Shown here: in pieces, positions 36,847 through 45,677 of the stretch
Numbering within the stretch: the first letter of the stretch is position 1
Layout of the letters: each line of letters starts with the position of its first letter
Assembly (NCBI GenBank): GCA_032718475.1
Contig: JAUCBJ010007693.1
Location: 1-45,677, forward strand
Source of the DNA: Nemertoderma westbladi
Taxonomy: Eukaryota > Animalia > Xenacoelomorpha
Length of the DNA: 45,677 bases
Direction of reading: 5' to 3'
Notes under the pieces: generated by a model
The model's database searches: none
Told to the model about the DNA's origin: nothing
Seen by the model: the letters and a program-made list of their open reading frames with translations, nothing else
Made by a program: the position numbers and the translations under genes

Positions 36847-37096
36847 CTAAAATAAATAATAGTTAATAATAATTAGACCCATTGGATGAATAATATGTAT
36901 ATGTATATATATATATATATATAATATATTATGGATAACATTAACATTATATAATGGATATATTATGGAAACCAAGTGGCAGTGATCAAGCAGAATATGA
37001 ACAATTCCTTCCACGTTAATATTATTTTATTGAATTCATACAGATTTTGAAATGTACAATATACACATACAGTCTTTATGCCGTTTGGTTTCTCAT

Positions 37097-37905
37097 ACTA
37101 CTATTACTACTAGCTGCATTGAAGCTGCACATTGATATGCTATGCTGGCTTAACCAAAATTTTTGTCACCACCATGCAAAATTGCATGGTGGTACCATAC
37201 AACAAAATTGCACCGCCACAACCTATCCCTCATGTCTTTCGCGAGATTATCTGATCTTCAAAGCCAGTATACTTTAAGAGGCGTCTCGAGAATGTCATGG
37301 GCTGTACACCATGTTTATTTTTTCCATGGGGCTGCCAAAGCACAAAATGCACAGTGCACAGTCTGCTCCTCACGGCGAAGGCAATGTCCTGCAAAGTGGA
37401 GGTGGGACAAACCAACGAGACACCTCCAATGTTATATAGTGTCTGGTTGGGTATGTGTGCATTGTATTTAACACAGTGAACCCGGCGTAGCATTCTTGTG
37501 AATGTGCCATTCAGAAATTTATAATATTTGTTGGATACAGCTTTAGTTGGTACACCATAGTTGGCAATGACGTCCAGGTGGGATCGAACTGGTGAACTCT
37601 GGATTGAAAGTCTGACGCTCTAACCATTCGGGTAGGGGCTCAGGTAAAAGGTAGACGTGGAAATACTACATGATACCTTGAATGTCGGCAATTTACGTCC
37701 TCATGGTCTCCCATCTGACAATTCCATAATCCGCTACCACTGTGCTCAAACCTACTGTACTTGGCCGTCTTTAACCACTCACTAAAATGAAAGAGTGGTG
37801 TATATTAACCATGTCTATTCAGAGATTTGGTGTCCTCGGCCTCGGCAGTTAGAGCTCAGCATGGACTCACATAGAGGAGTATTGGTGCTACTGCTGCTCT
37901 AAATA
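37097..37905 (-). mobile_element. Diverged RTE LINE 3' fragment (copy 4), interrupted at ~37521-37816
   Basis: MLRRVHCVKYNAHIPNQTLYNIGG ORF; homology to copy 1 stops near 37520 and resumes at 37817. (TAG)n-like tail at 37097-37113. Confidence 0.85.
37565..37641 (-). mobile_element. tRNA-like SINE head or tRNA pseudogene
   Basis: Minus strand GAATGGTTAGAGCGTCAGACTTTCAATCCAGAG...AGTTCGATCC has A- and B-box-like motifs; stems are imperfect. Confidence 0.6.
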
Positions 37906-38064
37906 AAATTGTAGTGGCGCAGAATCACAGCAAACACCAAATATGTGTTTAGTGGGTTTAAACACAAAACTTTATTTCATATGCAACCAATTTGAGCTTG
38001 CGATCACGTTTTCAATTGTAGTCTTTGTGCGCCAGTATCTGGTATTCTATAGCATATTTGGGTC

Positions 38065-38556
38065 GCAGGTCCGAATCAGACAAAGGTCCGAATGTAGCCA
38101 GCCATCAGGGGCACGCAGGTCCGAATCAGACAAAGGTCCGAATGTAGCCAGCCATCAGGGGCACGCAGGTCCGAATCAGACAAAGGTCCGAAAGTAGCCA
38201 GCCATCAGGGGCACGCAGGTCCGAATCAGACAAAGGTCCGAATGTAGCCAGCCATCAGGGGCACGCAGGTCCGAATCAGACAAAGGTCCGAATGTAGCCA
38301 GCCATCAGGGGCACGCAGGTCCGAATCAGACAAAGGTCCGAATGTAGCCAGCCATCAGGGGCACGCAGGTCCGAATCAGACAAAGGTCCGAAAGTAGCCA
38401 GCCATCAGGGGCACGCAGGTCCGAATCAGACAAAGGTCCGAATGTAGCCAGCCATCAGGGGCACGCAGGTCCGAATCAGACAAAGGTCCGAATGTAGCCA
38501 GCCATCAGGGGCACGCAGGTCCGAATCAGACAAAGGTCCGAAAGTAGCCAGCCATC
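38065..38556. repeat. Near-perfect 50-bp minisatellite, ~10 copies
   Basis: Unit GCAGGTCCGAATCAGACAAAGGTCCGAATGTAGCCAGCCATCAGGGGCAC; one T/A variant, in copies 3, 7 and 10. Confidence 0.98.
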
Positions 38557-39056
38557 TGCCATCTAGCATATTAATTGTACCGGTACTGACTGATATGCTA
38601 TTGTTTCATAAAGTCTACATTCAACTCTTTTAGATTTGAATTATAATGTTGAAAGAACAGCGTCGTGTATTTATTCCATGGAATTTGAATTTAATTTGCC
38701 ATAGATATATCAAAAAATCACACCACCATGTGTTAATGAAATACAGGCCAGTAATTCTGCATGCTATAACGGATTTAATTAAAGAGTTGATTAGCTCAAT
38801 ATGCTTGTTACTGCACTTGGGATAGTGTGGCGGTGATCTCTTAGCTGAGTATTACTATATCATGAAAGGAAAATCACTTTGATGGAAATGGAACCGGAAT
38901 GCTAGTTGGAATCTCACCCTTCAATAAATTCTTAATTGATTGGAGACCAGAGTAATTTGGATTTGTAGTTTGTAAAACAATGTGAATAGGTACAACAAAA
39001 ATATTGACACACTAGTTCTTCAGCTGGTAAAGTAGTCACTTTTTTGCTCTATACAG

Positions 39057-39178
39057 ATCGATATGCAATTTATTCGAAGTTTTCCAGCCAACAGACATTG
39101 TTTTTAAATTCCTGTGGCGTCTTTTCTATCTATTGATGTATGTTTCACCAGAGATCACCAAATAAATTGCATATCGAT
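39057..39178. repeat. 18-bp perfect inverted repeat enclosing 86 bp (MITE-like)
   Basis: ATCGATATGCAATTTATT (39057-39074) and AATAAATTGCATATCGAT (39161-39178). Confidence 0.7.
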
Positions 39179-39360
39179 TGTTATTGTTTTACAAAGTATT
39201 ACGGCTATAATGTAAAGGCCAATATCGCCAAGTCCGACCTCCTTCCTCTTATGGTAACTGGTTATGTTACTCAACCATGATGGATCATAGTACAAATAGT
39301 TGGAAACTGGTAATATATATTTCGCATTTGGCAATACGGAATGTTAAATATGATAAGGGC

Positions 39361-39735
39361 GGAACTAGGACAATTGCCCCCCCCCCCCCCCGAGGAAAAT
39401 TGTCCCCCGGACAATTGCCCCCGAGGACAATTGCCCCCCGGACAATTGCAACCCGTACTATTGCCCCCCCGGACAATTGACCCCCGGACAATTTCCCCCG
39501 TACAATTGCCCCCCCGAATAATTGCCCCCCGGATAATTTCCCCTTGGACAATTGCCCCTCCGATAATTGCCACCCGGACAATTGCCCCTCGGACAATTGC
39601 CCCCCAGACAATTGCCCCGCGGACAATTGCCACCCCCCGAACAATTACCCCCCGGACAATTTCCCCCCCGAACAATTGCTCCCGGACAATTGCCCCCCGG
39701 ACAATTACCCCCGGACTATTGGCCCCCGGACAAAT
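39361..39735. repeat. 15-bp GGACAATTGCCCCCC tandem array beginning GGAACTAGGACAATT
   Basis: About 24 units; same family as 32978-33230. Confidence 0.92.
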
Positions 39736-39920
39736 CGCGGCGACGCGTATAGCCTAAAAGCAACACACCGGTCAGGATTCCTTCGCCAACTCAGGGATCC
39801 CTTCACAACAACAATAATATAAAGCAATTATAGAATATATAAAACTGAACTTAATTAAATAATAGTTGAATCTGCTGGGCATGATGGGGGTAGACTTCCA
39901 CTATAGCTACATGCTAGTGC

Positions 39921-39990
39921 TACTACTAGGATGGGCATGCTGCATTGCAGCTGCATTGTTAAGAATTTAAGAATGTTGTGACATGCTGGG
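39921..39990 (-). mobile_element. Extreme 3' stub of the RTE LINE
   Basis: TACTACTAGGATGGGCATGCTGCATTGCAGCTGCATT matches the reverse complement of the copy 3 3' end. Confidence 0.75.
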
Positions 39991-40001
39991 GCAGTTACCA
40001 T

Positions 40002-40002
<1 letters not shown>

Positions 40003-40032
<30 letters not shown>

Positions 40033-40300
40033 CACCAAATTTATATAGCCACTATCTATAAATAAATAGGTCTAATGCGCATTTACACGTACATTACATA
40101 ATATTAGTTCGGAAAAGCCTTAAGAAAATAATGTGACTTAAGCATAGTTTTGAAAGAAGCTAGACTGCTCGCTATCCTGATTTCCAATGGTAGGTCATTA
40201 AAGATTCTCGGTGCAGCCGCCGAAAAAGATATATCGCCAAATGTTTTATAGTTGGTTGATGGTACTACCAAAGTTGAGTTATACTGCGATCGTGTCACTT
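40003..40300 (-). mobile_element. L2/CR1-group LINE 3' end with (ATT)n tail
   Basis: FGDISFSAAAPRIFNDLPLEIRIASSLASFKTMLKSHYF is a typical L2 ORF2 C-terminus; (AAT)n at 40003-40032. Confidence 0.85.
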
Positions 40301-40680
40301 TGGAGTTAAATTGGAGGAAATTAGTCTAAAAAAGTAAACCAAATATAATTTTTGATTCAACCATTGATATTTTGACCAATAATACTGAGAAACTGAAAAT
40401 AACTTAACTTTGTAATTTGTGTTTTGCGTGGATTATTTTATTTGTAGATACTATTAATATTGTAGATACCAAATAGGTGAATTAATATGGCAGCAAGTTG
40501 ATTATTGAAAGTAAAAAGATACTGTAGAAGATATAAAATAGAGTAGAGTAGCTGACATGGTAGAAAATAAATTTCGAATTGCGATAAAGGAAGAAGAAGG
40601 TTTGGATATTGTGAAGAAATCAGAAATTGTTACATTTACACATTAAGTACGTTATGAAGCAGTCCAAATTAATCAGTACA

Positions 40681-40825
40681 AAAAAAGTTTTTAATTATCT
40701 TTTAAATGTATTCAAGCTAGGGCTACTGCGAATTTTTTGTGGAAATGCATTCCATAAAGGATGACCTTGCAAAGAGATGGATTGGTGACGTACTTTAAAG
40801 ACGAATTTGTGGTAGATGAACCATC
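40681..40825 (-). mobile_element. Second, older CR1/L2-group LINE C-terminal remnant
   Basis: Manual translation QSISLQGHPLWNAFPQKIRSSPSLNTFKR*LKTF. Confidence 0.7.
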
Positions 40826-40885
40826 GACTACATTAACTAGGGCCTATTTAATTAATTGAAACAATGTAAATTGTGATTTAATTTA

Positions 40886-42460
40886 TTTTATTCTTAAATT
40901 GTTACTTTTTCGCTCGAATATACCCCGAATATAAAATAAATATAACAATAAAAAAACCGCTCGAATATAAAAAAGTTTGACATTTTCCCCTAGGGAAGTA
41001 GTAACCCATAAGATGGCATTGGTTTTACTTTTTTTCCCGGTGAAAGAAAAGTAAAATATAATTATTTATTACATGGGAAAAAAATTAGAACATTTTTTCA
41101 TTATTCTCGAGGCAATTTTATTTACCGAGCGTCAGCGAGGTTAATAAAGGGTCGAGAGAATATTGAAAAAAAAAAATTTTCTACGTTTTTCCCCATGTAA
41201 TACGTAATTTTATTCTAAAATTTGTACTTTTTTGTTGCTCAATTCTGTAATAAAACATAGCGATACTACAGTACAGTAGTGTTACAAGATTAATTGAACT
41301 GCAGTATTTTATTATATTTTTTCCATAGTTACCGCGATTCATATTATTGTACTCTTCAACTCCTGATGCTGCCTTACTCAATGTTAAAATAATTTAGTGT
41401 TCTCGAATATTTATTACTTAACTAGAGAGCCGCTTAACTACATAAACTAATATTGGATATTGAGTTCCGTTTTGGAGTTCGCCACGCAGACACTAAATTT
41501 GCAATAACTTTTGAGTTTTTGAATGGATTTTGCTCAAATTACTTGCAAACCTTATCTACGTCGATGCTCTTTCAATATATTTAATAAAATTTAAGAAATT
41601 CCACCAAAAATATTTTACATAACTTTTTACGCCGGGAAAAAAAGTAAAATGTATGCAATCATATGGGTTACTTTTTTTCCCTTAGGGAAAAAAGTGAAAC
41701 TTTTTCTCCCGATTTTGGGGTATACTCGAGCGAAAAAGTAACAATTTAAGAATAAAAATATTTTTGGTGGAATTTCTTATATTTTATTACATGTGTTGAA
41801 GGAGCATCGACGTAGAAAAGGTTTGCACGTAATATGAGCAAAATCCTATTCACATACACAAAAGTTATTCAACTTTAGTGTCTGCAAAGCGTACTCCAAA
41901 CCGGAACTCAATATCCAATATTGGTTTATGTTGTTAAGCGGCTCTCTAGTTACGTATAAATATTCGAGAACTCTAAATTATTTAACATTGAGTTGACGAG
42001 TAATATTTATTATATAACTCTTAAAAAAGCTGAAGAATCATATACATAATATGTAATAGTTGGTATTTTTGTCAGTTCTAGAACATTATTCATTTATTCT
42101 AATTTTTTTCAACAGTAATCGGCCTGCTGTATTGCAGCTGTACATTGAGATGATAAGATGGCTTAACCAAAAAAATTTCTACCACCACTATGCAATTTAC
42201 AATGGGCTTGATGTGATGCAGATGTTGATGCATTGATTATGCTATGCCGGGGCCGGCTATATATAACAAAATGTTGCTATTTTTCAATAATCTAGCTCCC
42301 TATAATATAAAAAATAGTCCCCGAACAATTTTTCTTATTCTTAGAACATGGAAAATATTTTCACAATGATCTCCATTATTTATTAACCTCGCTACGCTCG
42401 ATAAATAGAATATCTCGAGTATATAGTGAAAATAATGTTCTACATTATTTACCATCAATA
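40886..42460. mobile_element. Palindromic non-autonomous DNA element plus an adjacent inverted partial copy
   Basis: 41-bp inverted repeat at 40886-40926 / 41717-41757; ~240-bp inverted repeat at 41376-41616 / 41755-41993; hairpin cores CCGAGCGTCAGCGAGG (41125-41140) and its inverse at 42387-42400. Confidence 0.75.
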
Positions 42461-43391
42461 AATAATTATTCTTCACCCGGACTATATTGCGCAGAGGAAA
42501 CTCAGGTACTCATTTATCTACGATTAATATTATTGTATTAATTTATATATATAATGTATTGTATATTTTCCAAAACAAGTTGGTCCAATATGATAACAAG
42601 TTATTAACTTATATATTTTGCTACCATTTAATGAATGCAAGCCGGCGAAGTATATAAATGAGTCACTGGACAGCTTAGTTGGCTAATTAAGGGAAATAAT
42701 AGTTTTATAATAATGTTAATAATTTATGGTAAAGAAAAACTACTAGGCCTATGGAGAACATTAGATTAGATAGATTAGGGTAGTATTACGCGAAAAGTAA
42801 TCAGCCAGGAAACCAGACTAGCCTTATTCCTCGCCAAATATAATCAATCAAGAGATACCCTTTTGGTTGATGTCATTATAGTAATTACACTGTATTCACT
42901 TAAATTAATAATTGGTAAATGTAAAGTGTTATAGTATTATGCATTGTTTCCGGCAAAAAATCGTGGTTTAGGCAGGATTTTAGAATAACATTTATCTTTG
43001 ATTATATGCAAGAAAATCAAAACTTTACTAAATATACTCCATAAAGGTGCAATGCAATATCGGCCAGAATGACAGATACTAATAGACAATGTAACTTTCA
43101 ATCAAATGTGAAAAGTTTGAATTGAAGCAATCATGGACAATCATATCGATTGGGCTGGCCGCACCGTTATCCTCCATAGTATGCATACTGTGTGAATCCC
43201 AGAGCGCATTCCAATTACACGTCAAGCCTAGGGCTCTCAGAAATCCAGGGGAATTACAGTTGGACCAAGCTGAAATTATGCATTGACAATTACCACACAA
43301 TTAAATACTAAATATCTCAATAAGTTTCTGGAAAAGGCGGAATTATAAAAGATTAAATAATCCGATTTATAAAATTAAATTAGGAGAAAAC

Positions 43392-43483
43392 TGTAATGAT
43401 TCATTGTAATGATTCATTGTAATGATTCATTGTAATGATTCATTGTAATGATTCATTGTAATGATTCATTGTAATGATTCATT
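43392..43483. repeat. 13-bp tandem repeat TGTAATGATTCAT x7
   Basis: Direct reading. Confidence 0.97.
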
Positions 43484-43664
43484 ACTTAAAATTTACATTA
43501 CTTTAGTTTTAATTCTACCTACTATTATAATATCGTTCAGTTCCAGAATTTCACAGGTATTTGTTTCTGCAACATTTTCCTTGCGACATTATTGTACTTA
43601 ATGAATTACACTTTCGAATTTTATTGAACTTAATCAATATTGGTTAGTTTCAGGGAGATTAAAG

Positions 43665-44592
43665 ATGTCCTTAGATCATCATAATGATGATGGGGTGATG
43701 ATAACTCCACCTACTGGCTCCAGAAGTCGAGGAAATCCTGCCAAGTACCTAACTGATCTAGACTTTGCTGATGACTTAGGAGTACTCTCAGAATCACTAG
43801 AGGGAGCCCAACGGCTCCTCAGCTCATTAGAACATGCTGCTTCTAGTGTTGGTCTTTTTATTAAATCCAGAAAGACCAAAAGTTTGACAGTTAACTTTGA
43901 AAGTCCTCAGCAAGTCTCTGATCGTATGAGCATAAGCTCAAAAGATGGTATGCTTGAGCATGTGGATGACTTCTGTTACCTGGGATCATGGATCCGGAAG
44001 TCAGGTGATGACCTTCGAATACGTAAGGGAAAGGCATGGGCAGCCTTGAATAGGCTTTCCAGGATTTGGAAGTCACTGATAATTAATCGGAAACTTAAGG
44101 TCCGATTATTTAGAGCAGCAGTAGTTCCAGTACTCCTCTATGGGAGTCCATGCTGGGCTCTAACTGCTGAGGACACCAAATCACTGGATGGCACATTCAC
44201 AAGAATGCTACGTTGGGTTCATTGTGTCAAGTACAATGCACACATCTCCAACCAGACACTATATAACATTGGAGGTGTCTCATTGGTTCCCCCAAGCTTA
44301 CACTAGAAAAATATCGCCTCTGCTTTGCAGGACATTTCTTTCGCCGTGAGGACCAGCCAGTGCATAATCTTGTACTTTGGCAGACTCGTGGAGTGAATAA
44401 GCATGGTGGACAGCCCATGACTTTCTTGAGACGCATCTTAAAGGACACTGGCCTTGAAGATGCGGATGATCTAGCAAATGTCATGGGTGATGGGGAGTTG
44501 TGGCGGCGCAATTTTGTCGACAAGCCGGCACAGCATTTTTAAAAATGCAGCTGCAGTGCAGCATGCCGATCCTAGTAGTAGTAGTAGTAGTA
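43665..44592 (+). mobile_element. RTE-clade LINE, 5'-truncated (copy 3)
   Basis: ORFs 43665-44306 and 44360-44542 (LTDLDFADD, YLGS, LLYG); (TAG)n tail at 44573-44592. No TSD seen. Confidence 0.95.
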
Positions 44593-45677
44593 TTCTAGTA
44601 TATAAACCCTAAATTAAATAAGAACACTCAAAACATATTTTATGGCAAAAAAATTACGATTTTACGATATACAGTAGTGCAAAACGCATTTGGGCACCGA
44701 GGAGTATTTATGTGTAGAGTGCACACCTGTATGGAAGTGCTACCCTCATCTCGTGTGAAGCTGGTATCAATCTTGATTCCGGTACGAGCAGTGCAATTTC
44801 TCTAACTCCAACCGAGACGTGTACTGCAACAATATCTAAGCACTCTACTCAACGCACACATATCGCCTGTATAATAATGATCTCTAATAAGAATACAAAT
44901 AACAAAATTGCAGATACTGGTGTAAATTGACCGCAATTGAAAAAAGTCCATCTCCTGCGCAAATTGGTCACATGAAACAAAGAAAATACTGACAATGAAC
45001 ACATGATTGGTGTTTGCGGTCATTTTGCGCAATTAAGTTCCTTTTCGACAATGCCACCACTATAGGCGGAGCAGTTAAAATTTATGTTGGTCATAAATAT
45101 GATTTCGAATCTATGTTAATCAAACATTGGCATGTATATTATAAATGTAGATCTGTACAATAGATCTTCGCTTTTAAGCTTAAAAGTACCAAAAATCATC
45201 TATATCATATATAATAAACCCTATAAATACCGGCCTTTAAAATATTGTATTGTACAAAATAGCGCAGGGGGGGTGGGGGGGGGGGGGGGGTGGGTCATAT
45301 TGAACTCCCTTTTTAAATCTTAATGTTAATGAAAACGTCTGATTTTTATTTTGCATGATTATGCCACTATTCTGAAATTAACGAAAAGAAAATCATAACT
45401 GGGTTGGTTTTTTGCAGCACCAAAATTTAAAGTAGCTAACAATTTTGAAATAATATATAACTTATAATATAGGTGTTTTGTGGCTCTGAATCCATTAGAC
45501 GACATTTTAAAATCATATGGTTACTATAATGGCAGTTCTGTCCACTATGTTGGCACAAAATGAAAAAAATAACAATTAGGCCTAACCAACACTTTTTAGT
45601 TTAATCCCAACCTTTTTAATTGATTATTCCGTGCTATAAATTCACATTTTTTAGGTTTTCTGGAACGCTGATTCTAA

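Noticed and set aside
37565-37641. Functional tRNA gene
   Set aside because: Acceptor and anticodon stems do not pair properly.
39271-39822. Pro/Gly-rich, collagen-like ORFs (also at 32932-33305)
   Set aside because: Products of a 15-bp tandem repeat, open in most frames.
44802-45032. RKMTANTNHVFIVSIF resembling GPCR ICL1/TM2, as a candidate upstream exon
   Set aside because: In-frame stop immediately upstream, no convincing TM3, and no phase-2 donor after a D/E-R codon pair.

Overview
AT-rich, repeat-dense eukaryotic DNA, probably from an invertebrate animal (inference). No operons, rRNA or CRISPR. The only host coding sequence I can support is the last exon of a minus-strand class A (rhodopsin-family) GPCR at 36033-36846, whose upstream exon(s) I could not find. 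The rest is mostly mobile DNA: a decayed APE-type LINE (1-2400); several copies of an RTE-clade LINE with (TAG)n tails; 3' remnants of L2/CR1-group and CRE-like retrotransposons; a tRNA-derived SINE carrying an internal minisatellite; palindromic MITE-like elements; and several minisatellites. The main structure is a ~9.4 kb gap-free head-to-tail array (14157-23556) of six non-autonomous Helitron2/Helentron-type rolling-circle elements from three subfamilies. They share one 3' hairpin+CTAG end but have covarying, subfamily-specific 5' hairpin/inverted-repeat sequences. One copy appears nested just behind the 5' hairpin of another, which suggests self-targeted integration. Comparing paralogous copies also shows TA-(n)-TA insertions that look like cut-and-paste transposon excision footprints. 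Family assignments come from motif recognition by eye; no searches were run.
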